Shown here piece after piece: positions 8,626 through 16,754 of a stretch of DNA of 64,000 nucleotides. Origin of the DNA: an uncultured Acidimicrobiales bacterium. Its GTDB lineage: Bacteria; Actinomycetota; Acidimicrobiia; Acidimicrobiales; SHLQ01. How positions within the stretch are numbered: the first letter of the stretch is position 1; each line of letters begins with the position of its first letter. Under the pieces are notes generated by a model. The model worked only from the letters and a program-made list of their open reading frames with translations. It searched no databases and had not been told where the DNA came from. The translations under genes were made by a program, and so were the position numbers. The stretch is taken from positions 3,330 to 67,329 of the forward strand of contig CAYMJU010000033.1 in NCBI GenBank assembly GCA_964390555.1, written 5' to 3'.

Positions 8626-9237
8626 TTGATGGGCATCGAGCGGGGCCGGGACTGGGGATGGCCCGGGACGCTGCCCGAAGGGGCCGCCGTGCTGAGTTCG
8701 GACCTCGAGTTGCACGTCGCAGTGCAACGGGTCCTCGAATGCGACGCCCCGCTGGTCGTGGGCTTGCTCGGCGGCTCGTTGTGGCGCACATTGGGCGGCG
8801 GTACCGACGTTGCTCGGTGGCGATGTGGTCCGGCAACCGTGTTACCCGTTGATCTGGTCCGGGCTCGAATCGACGATCGCGACGTGGTCGCCGCCGCCCA
8901 CCTGGTGGCCCGTCGTCGCACCTGGCTCGGACCGGTGCTCGGGATCATGAACGCCGCCCATCTGGGTTCGTGGAACCCGGCCCCGCGGGCCCACCCGGGC
9001 GACGGTCGGGTCGACGTGATCGAGGCTCGACTCCCGGTCGGCGACGTTTGGGCCGCTCGCCGGCGACTGCCGGCTGGATCGCATGTGCCGCACCCCGCCA
9101 TCAGCGTGCGCCAGGCGGAGGAAGCAACATTCACCCTCGGGCGGCGCTGCCGCGTGTGGGTTGACGGTTGGTCCTTCGGGCCCGCGACGGAGCTGACCGT
9201 GGAGGTGCTTCCCGGGGCCCTGCACGTCGTCGTGTGA
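8626..9237 (+). CDS. Degenerate diacylglycerol-kinase/YegS-like protein (C-terminal domain recognisable, ATP motif not)
   Basis: IMNAAHLG...APRAHPGDGRVDV and WVDG resemble the YegS C-terminal domain; no GGDGT motif. Confidence 0.6.
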   Translation: MMGIERGRDWGWPGTLPEGAAVLSSDLELHVAVQRVLECDAPLVVGLLGGSLWRTLGGGTDVARWRCGPATVLPVDLVRARIDDRDVVAAAHLVARRRTWLGPVLGIMNAAHLGSWNPAPRAHPGDGRVDVIEARLPVGDVWAARRRLPAGSHVPHPAISVRQAEEATFTLGRRCRVWVDGWSFGPATELTVEVLPGALHVVV

Positions 9238-9266
9238 CGGTGTGTCCGCCCAACTACGATTCGTCG

Positions 9267-10430
9267 ATGACAGCTGATGATGTCGATGCGCTGCGCGCCC
9301 GAGTGTTGGCCGACATCAACCGCCGGGCCGGCCGGCTCGTCGAAGTCTCCCGCACCATCCACGCCCAACCCGAGCTGGCGTTCGCCGAGCACCGAGCCCA
9401 TGACCTGCTGGCCGGAGAGCTCGAGGCGGCGGGATTGACGGTCGAGCGCCGTGCGTTCGGTCTGGAGACGGCGTTCCAGGCTCGGGCGGGGACGTCAGGG
9501 CCAACGGTTGCCGTGTGCCTCGAGTACGACGCCCTGCCGGGGCTCGGGCATGGGTGTGGGCACAACATCATCGCCGCGGCCGGACTCGGCGCGGCGATCG
9601 CTGTGGCCGCGGTCGCTGACGAGGCTGGTGGGCGGGTTGTCGCCCTCGGCACCCCGGCCGAGGAGGGCGGTGGTGGCAAGGTGATCATGCTCGACCGCGG
9701 AGCTTTCGATGGCATCGACGCGGCGATGATGATCCATCCGGCGGACCGCGATCTCACCAGGATCGACAGCATCGCCGTCGCCCCGCTCATCGTCACCTAC
9801 CACGGCCGTGCTGCCCACGCCGCGGCGGCCCCTCACCTGGGGCGCAACGCCCTCGACGCCGCCGTCCTCGGGTACATGAACGTCGCGGCGCTACGCCAGC
9901 ACATCTTGCCCACCGAGAGGATACACGGCGTGTTCACCGAGGCAGGGGACAAGGCGAACATCGTCCCGGCCCGCGCTGAGGCCGAGTGGTTCGTGCGTTC
10001 GCCCACCCTCGAGAGCCTCGAACCGTTGAAGGCGCGAGTAGTGGCGTGCCTACGGGCAGGCGCCGACGCCGCCGGGTGCGACATCGAGATCGTGTGGTCC
10101 GAGACCCCATATGCCCATGTCGCTGACGACGCCGGCCTGCTCGAGCTGTACTGCCGCAACGCCGCACTCCTCGGCCGGGTGGTCGAGATACCGGGTCCCG
10201 ACACCAAGGTGTCGGGCTCCACCGACATGGGCAATGTGTCCCAGCTCGTGCCCTCGATCCACCCGATGGTGCAGGCGGCGCCACCAGGAACCGCCATCCA
10301 CACCTCCGACTTCGCCGTCCACGCCGCCGGCCCGATGGGCGACGCGGCCGTGCTCGACGGCGCACGCGCCATGGCGCTCACGATCATCGACATCTGGGCT
10401 GCCAGAGCCGGCGACCTCTCAAACGTTTGA
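9267..10430 (+). CDS. M20 family amidohydrolase (PM20D2/AbgB-like)
   Basis: PELAFAEH, EYDALPGLGHGCGHNII, GTPAEEGGGGK, HAAAAPHLGRNALDA, GSTDMGNVS. ATG at 9267 lies 6 nt after a TACGAT hexamer. Confidence 0.92.
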   Translation: MTADDVDALRARVLADINRRAGRLVEVSRTIHAQPELAFAEHRAHDLLAGELEAAGLTVERRAFGLETAFQARAGTSGPTVAVCLEYDALPGLGHGCGHNIIAAAGLGAAIAVAAVADEAGGRVVALGTPAEEGGGGKVIMLDRGAFDGIDAAMMIHPADRDLTRIDSIAVAPLIVTYHGRAAHAAAAPHLGRNALDAAVLGYMNVAALRQHILPTERIHGVFTEAGDKANIVPARAEAEWFVRSPTLESLEPLKARVVACLRAGADAAGCDIEIVWSETPYAHVADDAGLLELYCRNAALLGRVVEIPGPDTKVSGSTDMGNVSQLVPSIHPMVQAAPPGTAIHTSDFAVHAAGPMGDAAVLDGARAMALTIIDIWAARAGDLSNV

Positions 10431-10431
10431 T

Positions 10432-10601
10432 CGCAGGCGCTCGGCGGCGCTGCGGGGTCACCCGACTCGCGTACCCGAGCGCTGGCTTTCTCGGGGGCTG
10501 CGCCCCCGACGGCGCGAGCGCCTCCCCATCGGCGGCGGGGGCCCTACCCCGCCGCAGGCGCTCGGCGGCGCTGCGGGGTCACCCGACTCGCGTACCCGAG
10601 C
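10432..10601. repeat. Two exact 49-bp direct repeats flanking a 72-bp palindromic spacer
   Basis: CGCAGGCGCTCGGCGGCGCTGCGGGGTCACCCGACTCGCGTACCCGAGC at 10432-10480 and 10553-10601. The spacer holds hairpin TCGGGGGC-TGC-GCCCCCGA (10491-10509). Confidence 0.9.
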
Positions 10602-10618
10602 ACCTAGGCTCACGCAGC

Positions 10619-12220
10619 GTGACACCGTATGTTGCCGAGGATTTCACGCCTGCTGAGGCCGACGTCCTCCGGCGCTATTTCACGAACCTCGACCAGCCTG
10701 TGTTCGCGCTGGTGAATCTCCCCGAGGTTGTGAAAGGAGCTCTGTTCGCCCGGTACTCGCGCTCCTCCAAGAGCCTGCGCAGGCTATTTCTCGACGAGTT
10801 CGTCGGCGATCTCGACATCTCCGGCGACGAGACGATCGACGCGACCATGGGCCTACGACGGGCCGAGGAGCTCTACGATCGGGTGTTCTTCCAGTACGGA
10901 GACGACAGCGTCGCGCAGCTCGGCGGTGTCCATCTGGCGTGCGAGCAGGCGTCCAACGTCCTCACCAAGGTGCTCGAATGGGGCCGGCTCATGTCGTACC
11001 TCGAGCAGTCGACGCGGTACATCGAGTACGACAAGCGCCTCGGCGGCCGCTACCGGTTCCATCGCGATCCCGACGTGTTGTCGTCGATGCTCGGGACCCG
11101 TTACGTCGCCGAGATGGACCGGCTGTTCGACACGTACTCGTCTCTGCTGCCGCGGGTGGCCGACTTCCTGCGCACCGTCGTCCCGAAGCAGGCCGACGAT
11201 TCGGACATGGCCTACCACCAGGCGGTTCGGGCTCGATCGCTCGACGCGGTGCGGGGCATCCTACCGGCGGCGTCGCTGTCCAACGTCGGCATCTACGGGT
11301 CCGGGCAGGCCTACGAGGCGCTGCTGCTGCGGATGCGGTCGCACCCCCTTCCCGAGGCGCGTACCTACTCCCAACTGATCCTCGACGAGCTACGCAAGGT
11401 AATTCCGTCGTTCCTCAAGCGGGTCGATCTCGACGACCGCGGTGTGGTGACGTCTCGGTATCTGTCCCAGACCCGGGTGGCCATGGAGTCGTTGGTCGAC
11501 GACCTGTTGCCTCTCGCCGGGCTCGACGTCGCCGTGGCGCCGGTCGTTGACCTGGTCGATTTCGATCCCGACGCAGAGGTGCGCCTGGTCACGGCCATGT
11601 TGTACCCGTACAGCGATCAGTCCGAACGGGCGATCGAAGATCGGGTCCGGGCCATGGGCATCGACGACCGGTTGCGGGTGATCCGGGCGTACGTCGGCGA
11701 TCGGACGAACCGTCGTCACCGTCCCGGCCGGGCGTTCGAACGGCCGTCGTACCGTTTCGATGTTCTGGCCGACTATGGCGCGTTCCGCGACCTTCAGCGC
11801 CATCGCCTCCTCACCATCGAGTGGCAGTCCCTCACGACCCGACATGGCTACACCCGACCGGAACTGGTCGACGCCGCCGGCTGTGCCCCCGAGTTCGACG
11901 ACGCCATGGCCCGCTCGGCGGATCTCTACGAGCTACTCGACGAGCATCACCCGCTCCAGGCTTCCTATGCCGTGTGCCTGGCGTACCGGATCCGCTTCTC
12001 GATGCATCTCAATGCTCGGGAGGCCATGCACATGCTCGAGCTACGAACCTCGCCCCAGGGCCACCCCGCGTATCGCGACGTCGGGCAGCAGATGCACCGG
12101 GCCATCGCCGAAGTAGCCGGTCACCGGGCCATCGCCGCGGCCATGTCGTTCGTCGATCACAGCCCCGAACCACCGCTGGGCCGTTTGGAGTCAGAGAACC
12201 GCCGCGCCGGCCGGGACTGA
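10619..12220 (+). CDS. thyX: FAD-dependent thymidylate synthase, tandem two-domain form
   Basis: GTG at 10619 after TAGGCT. First domain has YGDDSVAQL and YLEQSTRY; second domain has RDLQRHRLLTIEWQS (RHRx7S) and ELRTSPQGHPAYR. Confidence 0.9.
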   Translation: MTPYVAEDFTPAEADVLRRYFTNLDQPVFALVNLPEVVKGALFARYSRSSKSLRRLFLDEFVGDLDISGDETIDATMGLRRAEELYDRVFFQYGDDSVAQLGGVHLACEQASNVLTKVLEWGRLMSYLEQSTRYIEYDKRLGGRYRFHRDPDVLSSMLGTRYVAEMDRLFDTYSSLLPRVADFLRTVVPKQADDSDMAYHQAVRARSLDAVRGILPAASLSNVGIYGSGQAYEALLLRMRSHPLPEARTYSQLILDELRKVIPSFLKRVDLDDRGVVTSRYLSQTRVAMESLVDDLLPLAGLDVAVAPVVDLVDFDPDAEVRLVTAMLYPYSDQSERAIEDRVRAMGIDDRLRVIRAYVGDRTNRRHRPGRAFERPSYRFDVLADYGAFRDLQRHRLLTIEWQSLTTRHGYTRPELVDAAGCAPEFDDAMARSADLYELLDEHHPLQASYAVCLAYRIRFSMHLNAREAMHMLELRTSPQGHPAYRDVGQQMHRAIAEVAGHRAIAAAMSFVDHSPEPPLGRLESENRRAGRD

Positions 12221-12290
12221 CCCCATTATCGACGCTCGCGGCGCAGAGTGACCGACGCCACAGCCGAGACGAACGAAATGCGGTGCGTTT

Positions 12291-12863
12291 ATGAGCGGCG
12301 ATCCTATGATTGCCGCCCACACCGACCAAGACATCTCGAGAGCCATGCCTGACGAAGTAGCACACGACGACGACATCTCGCTCGACGAGGATGTGCCCGA
12401 CGAGTTCGCCAACGAGTTCGACGTTGAGGTCGAACTCGACGTCGATGAGGAGGATCTCGAGTCCGCCCTCGAAGACGGTCTGGTCGACGAGATCGACACC
12501 GAGTCGTTCGAGGATCTTGCCGCGGCCGAGGCGGCTGAGGATGACGATGAGCCCGAGGTCGTGCCGAAGCGACGGGTGGGTGACGAGGACGACGACGAGG
12601 AGGAGATCGACCCCGACGATGTCGAGGCCGATCTCGGGGAGATCCTCCGGGACCGAATCGCCGCGAACGACGACGAGCCGGCAGAGGACGAGGACGAGAT
12701 CGAACCCGCGACCCGATCGGCTGACGAGGACATCCAGCAACGCCGCGCCGGAGAGTTCGCGTGCCCGAGCTGTTTCCTGCTGATCTCCGAGCAGGCTGTC
12801 GCCCGTATGGGTGAATGTCCGCACTGCGGCCAGCCGCTCACGACCGCCGACCTCAAGAGCTGA
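12291..12863 (+). CDS. Highly acidic DUF4193-like protein with C-terminal Cys motif
   Basis: D/E-rich body; QRRAGEFACPSCFL matches the DUF4193 C-terminal pattern; extra CPHC. Confidence 0.7.
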   Translation: MSGDPMIAAHTDQDISRAMPDEVAHDDDISLDEDVPDEFANEFDVEVELDVDEEDLESALEDGLVDEIDTESFEDLAAAEAAEDDDEPEVVPKRRVGDEDDDEEEIDPDDVEADLGEILRDRIAANDDEPAEDEDEIEPATRSADEDIQQRRAGEFACPSCFLLISEQAVARMGECPHCGQPLTTADLKS

Positions 12864-13300
12864 TGGCCGACGAGGCCGATCAGGAGCTGATCGAGCAGTT
12901 GCTCGATGTGTTCGTGTTCGCGCCCATCGGGTTGGCGCTCGATGCCCGCGACCTGATCCCACAGCTGGCTCGCCGGGGCCGCGGCCACGTCGACTTGCTA
13001 CGGGTCGCCGGCACGTTGGCGGCTCGCCAGGGTCGCGGCGAGGCCGGAAAGTTGTTCGAGTCGTTCGTCGACCTCGTCGCATCGCGCGCGGCAGGTGAAT
13101 CGGTTGGCGACCCCGGGGGGGGCGGCAGCAGTGCCGCGGCACGGGCCCGAGCTGAGGAGCTGGCCCGCCGTCCAGCTGCGGAGATCATTCGAACGCTGAG
13201 CCAGCTCGATCGGTCCACGCTTCGGGCGCTCCGCGACGCCGAATCGGCCGGGAAAGCAAGGCCGACGGTGCTGCGGCGCATCGACGCGTTGCTCGACTGA
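12863..13300 (+). CDS. Hypothetical protein
   Basis: ATG overlaps the upstream stop (TGATG). C-terminal ESAGKARPTVLRRID resembles a small helical 'E..GK.R.TVL..I' repeat. Confidence 0.7.
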   Translation: MADEADQELIEQLLDVFVFAPIGLALDARDLIPQLARRGRGHVDLLRVAGTLAARQGRGEAGKLFESFVDLVASRAAGESVGDPGGGGSSAAARARAEELARRPAAEIIRTLSQLDRSTLRALRDAESAGKARPTVLRRIDALLD

Positions 13301-13818
13301 TGGCGTCGTCCCCGGTGCCGGAGTTGGAGGTCCGATCGGCGGGCCATCCCGACCGCGACGACATCTTGGCGTTGCTCGATGCCGCAGCCGCTGAGATCGC
13401 CCCTAATCGGGGCGGTGCTGATCTGTTGGCCGAGCGCGATGCATCGCCGGCACCGCGCCTTGATCAGGTCGAGCGAGTGATCGGCGGCTCGGGCCACATG
13501 GTCATGGTCGGCTGCCTCGACACGGTGGTGGTGGCGATCGCGATCGGGCACGTCGAGCGGCGGCCGTGGCCCGGCGACGCCGCCGTTGTCGACGTGTTGT
13601 ACGTCGATGCTCGGGCCAGGGAGATCGGCGTCGGCGAGGCCCTACTCGAGGCTGTGATGCGCTGGGCCATCGACTCCCGGTGCGCATCCGTTGATGCCGA
13701 GGCCCTGCCCGGCGATCGGGCGACCAAGAACTTCTTCGAGACGTTCGGTCTGGTGGCTCGAAAGCTCGTCGTGTCCCGCCGACTCGCCACCGTTTCGGTG
13801 CACGAGGAGGCGTCATGA
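13300..13818 (+). CDS. GNAT family N-acetyltransferase
   Basis: [18 protein letters not shown] acetyl-CoA motif A; [10 protein letters not shown] motif B; TGATG coupling. Confidence 0.88.
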   Translation: MASSPVPELEVRSAGHPDRDDILALLDAAAAEIAPNRGGADLLAERDASPAPRLDQVERVIGGSGHMVMVGCLDTVVVAIAIGHVERRPWPGDAAVVDVLYVDARAREIGVGEALLEAVMRWAIDSRCASVDAEALPGDRATKNFFETFGLVARKLVVSRRLATVSVHEEAS

Positions 13819-14216
13819 TGCCGCAGGTGTGTGTGGGCGCGATTGCCGTGTCCCGGGGCCGGCTGTTGCTCGTTCGGCGAGGTCACGGACCGGCGGCAGG
13901 GGAGTGGTCCGTACCTGGCGGCCGGGTCGAGTTCGGCGAGCTGGTCGCTGAAGCCGTGGTCCGGGAGTTGCGCGAGGAGACCGGTCTCGAGGCTGTGTGC
14001 GGAGCGTTCGTCGGTTGGGTGCAACGGGTGAGCGCTGACGAGCATTTCGTGATCCTCGATCACCGCGCCGACGTGATGACCGACGACGAGCCGGTCGCCG
14101 GCGACGACGCCGCTGAGGCGGCTTGGGTCGACCTCGACGATGTGGCCGGGCTAAACCTCGTCGATGGGCTCGCCGAGTTTCTCCACGATCACGGGATCAT
14201 CAAGACCTACGTGTGA
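13815..14216 (+). CDS. NUDIX hydrolase
   Basis: [25 protein letters not shown] Nudix box; [10 protein letters not shown]; ATGA overlap. Confidence 0.93.
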   Translation: MMPQVCVGAIAVSRGRLLLVRRGHGPAAGEWSVPGGRVEFGELVAEAVVRELREETGLEAVCGAFVGWVQRVSADEHFVILDHRADVMTDDEPVAGDDAAEAAWVDLDDVAGLNLVDGLAEFLHDHGIIKTYV

Positions 14217-14236
14217 CCCCTGTGACCGGGCTGGTC

Positions 14237-15808
14237 TCAGGACGGCGTCGTGGGTGCCGACGGCGGCGGTGCGACCTCGGTCAGCGGCGTGGGTGCGACC
14301 TCGGTCACTTGCGGCGGCAGGACCTCGGCCACTTGTTGTGGCAGGACCTCGGCCACTTGTTGTGGTGCGACGTCGGTCACCGGCGGCGGCGGTGGGACCG
14401 GTGGTGGCGGTGGGACCGGTGGTGGCGGCGGTATTACGGGGGCCCCCGTTGGAGTCGGCGGTGCGGGCGGGGATGGCGGTGCGAAGAGCGCGGCGATGGC
14501 GGGAACCCGGTCGCCGAGCTTGCGGAGTGTTCCGTCGAGCTCGGGACTGCGCGCTGCGGGCGGGCCTTTGGGCTTCACCTGCTGGCGCACAGGAGAGAAC
14601 GCCACGGCATCGAGCACGGTGGCCCATCGGTCGGCGGTTACATCGGGTGACAGCGCCTCGTTGGCGGCGGCGGTCAAGCGCTCGGCGAGGTCGCCCGGCA
14701 GGGGAGCGCCCGCCTTTGGTGGGCGAGAGCTGAGCCGCAGCGCCCGGACGGACCGACCATCCGAGAGCAGCTCAGCGATCTCGTTGAGCCAGGCACGGTG
14801 CTCTGCGTCGACGCGGGCCGACAACGCGTCGCGGAGGCGTTGGGCGAGCTCGCGAGCCTCGTCGTCGCGGGCCTGGGTGTCGGCGGCGACCACGACCGAT
14901 CGGAGGTCTCGCAGATCGAGCTCGCTGATCCCGTTGAGCGCGGCGTCGGCTCGGTCCCGCCATTCGGCACTCTTCAGCCCCGAGAGCAGTCTCTCGCTCA
15001 GCTGGAGCAGGGGACCGATCGGTAGCGCGGCGCGCCCCTCGGCGCCCGCGAGCTCGTTGAGGCGATCGACGGACTGCCGCAGTCCCGGGACTCCACCGCG
15101 AAGCAACACATCGGCGAGGGGCCGAAGCTCGGCGGGTAGTTCATTGACGTGTTGGCGTCGATGCGTTCGACCCGGGCGGAGGCGTTTGCTGCGGGGTCGC
15201 GGTTCGGGCGCCGGGCGTGCCCGCTCGGGCCGAGCCGGCCGCTCGCGTCGGGTGACCGGACGATCGGCGCGGGCGGGACGCTCCGCCTGCTCGGGGCGAC
15301 CCGGCCGGTCAGGTCGCGGTCCTCGACTGGGTCGGTCGCCCGCTGGACGTTCGCCCGCTGGACGGTCCCGGCGCGGCGCCCGATCGCCCGCTGGACGTTG
15401 GCCTCCTGGACGTTCGCCTCCTGGACGGTCCCGGCGCGGCGCCCGGTCGCCGTCGTCGCGCCGCGGCCGACGATCGCCGTCGCCCGCTCGGGGGGACCTA
15501 CCGGGTCGGTCGCGTCGATCGCGGCCTCCCCTGGGGGCGAGCCGGGTGGCGATGTCGGGGATCTCGCGCCCCGATCCGAGCAACTCGATCGTGGGGCCGG
15601 CGGATCGCTCGCGGTCGCGAACGACGGCGAGGACGACGATGCCGTCGAGATCGGAGTCGACTTCGGCCTTCAACACCGTGCCGACCGACGCCGATCCGGC
15701 CATCTCGGCCGAGATGACACCCCGGGGTTGCTTGGCCCCGACGGCGCGCCACGTCCATTCGCCGTCATCGCGCTTGCTGGTCAGCTCGATGTCGAGTCTC
15801 CGGGGCAT
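14237..15808 (-). CDS. Hypothetical protein with Arg/Pro/Gly/Asp low-complexity core and Pro-rich tail
   Basis: ATG at 15808 (MPRRLDIELTS...). The upstream part of the 709-aa ORF overlaps DUF480 on the other strand and is discarded. Confidence 0.75.
   Translation of the reverse strand: MPRRLDIELTSKRDDGEWTWRAVGAKQPRGVISAEMAGSASVGTVLKAEVDSDLDGIVVLAVVRDRERSAGPTIELLGSGREIPDIATRLAPRGGRDRRDRPGRSPRAGDGDRRPRRDDGDRAPRRDRPGGERPGGQRPAGDRAPRRDRPAGERPAGDRPSRGPRPDRPGRPEQAERPARADRPVTRRERPARPERARPAPEPRPRSKRLRPGRTHRRQHVNELPAELRPLADVLLRGGVPGLRQSVDRLNELAGAEGRAALPIGPLLQLSERLLSGLKSAEWRDRADAALNGISELDLRDLRSVVVAADTQARDDEARELAQRLRDALSARVDAEHRAWLNEIAELLSDGRSVRALRLSSRPPKAGAPLPGDLAERLTAAANEALSPDVTADRWATVLDAVAFSPVRQQVKPKGPPAARSPELDGTLRKLGDRVPAIAALFAPPSPPAPPTPTGAPVIPPPPPVPPPPPVPPPPPVTDVAPQQVAEVLPQQVAEVLPPQVTEVAPTPLTEVAPPPSAPTTPS
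14270..14390 (-). repeat. 24-bp coding tandem repeat (about 5 degenerate 8-aa units, V[AT][ED]V[LA]P[QP]Q)
   Basis: GCAGGACCTCGGCCACTTGTTGTG repeated near-exactly around 14317-14365, with degenerate flanking copies. Confidence 0.75.
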
Positions 15809-15889
15809 AGGCGCCAACGCTATCCGTTGCCAGGTCTGCACTACACGCCGGATCGGCACGGTGATGAAGCGACCGTTACCGTTGGACCT

Positions 15890-16537
15890 GTGGAACTCAC
15901 TCCCGAAGAGATCCGAGTCCTCGGCGCGCTGGTCGAGAAGGAAGCGACGACCCCGGAGCAGTACCCCCTGAGCAGCAATTCCTTGCGATTGGCCTGCAAC
16001 CAGTCCACCAACCGGGATCCCGTCGTCGACTACAGCGAGCGTGATGTCGACGCCGTGATGCTCGGGCTCCGCGAACAGGGCCTCGCCCGAACCCTCCATG
16101 GCGCCGGCCACCGAGTCGCCAAGCACAAGCACGCCCTCACCGACCGGTGGTCCATCCGCGGCGAGGAATTGGCGGTGCTGGCGGTGTTGATGCTCCGCGG
16201 CCCCCAGACCGAAGCCGAGTTGAAGGCCCGAACCGAGCGCTATCCCGACGGTCCGAGCACGACCCAGGACGTCGCCGCCGTCATCGACCGCCTGTCCGCT
16301 GGCGATGACCCATTTGTCGTGACGCTGCCGAGACGCCCTGGAGAGCGCGAGACCCGGTTCACCCACCTACTCACCGGCGAGCCGACGATCACGGCGAGCG
16401 CCCTCACCGAGTCAGCGGACCCCGTGGCACGCCGCGACCGCTTCGCCGAAGCCGAATCGCGCATCAGCGTCCTCGAGGAGACCGTCGCCGCCCTCCAGGG
16501 CGACCTGGCCGCCCTGAGAGACGCCCTCGGCGCCTGA
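15890..16537 (+). CDS. YceH/DUF480 family protein
   Basis: RVLGALVEKEATTPEQYPLSSNSLRLACNQSTNRDPVV, LMLRGPQT.ELKARTER, LPRRPGERETRFTHLL; C-terminal coiled coil. Confidence 0.9.
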   Translation: MELTPEEIRVLGALVEKEATTPEQYPLSSNSLRLACNQSTNRDPVVDYSERDVDAVMLGLREQGLARTLHGAGHRVAKHKHALTDRWSIRGEELAVLAVLMLRGPQTEAELKARTERYPDGPSTTQDVAAVIDRLSAGDDPFVVTLPRRPGERETRFTHLLTGEPTITASALTESADPVARRDRFAEAESRISVLEETVAALQGDLAALRDALGA

Positions 16538-16538
16538 A

Positions 16539-16641
16539 CGTCTCGGGCGCAGCCCGGACGCTCGGTCCTAGGGCGCAGCCCGGACGCGCGTTGTGGCCCG
16601 CGAAGCGAGAGCGTCTCGGGCGTAGCCCGGACGCTCGGTCC
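16539..16641. repeat. Cluster of three CGTC-type palindromic repeats
   Basis: CGTCTCGGGCG(C/T)AGCCCGGACGCTCGGTCC at 16539-16568 and 16612-16641; partial copy GGGCGCAGCCCGGACGC at 16571-16587. Confidence 0.85.
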
Positions 16642-16650
16642 CCAAGTAGT

Positions 16651-16676
16651 CATTTCCGGCGTAGCCGCCGGAAATG
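16651..16676. terminator. Perfect 10-bp stem hairpin between convergent genes (candidate bidirectional terminator)
   Basis: CATTTCCGGC-GTAGCC-GCCGGAAATG. Confidence 0.55.
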
Positions 16677-16754
16677 TAGGTTATGTCAAGTTACCCGGGC
16701 ACAAAAGAGAGGGGCACGCGAACGCGTACCCCTCTCTCCTCGTTCGGTAGGTCG

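Noticed and set aside
10432-10601. CRISPR array
   Set aside because: Only two repeats, 49 bp long, with a 72-bp palindromic spacer and no cas genes.
13111-13122. Homopolymer G/C tracts (also at 28643, 32135 and 41861) as phase-variation switches
   Set aside because: The runs are only 7-8 nt, reading frames are intact, and such runs are expected at about 70% GC.
15809-16366. N-terminal 186 aa of the 709-aa minus-strand ORF
   Set aside because: It overlaps the well-supported DUF480 gene on the opposite strand.
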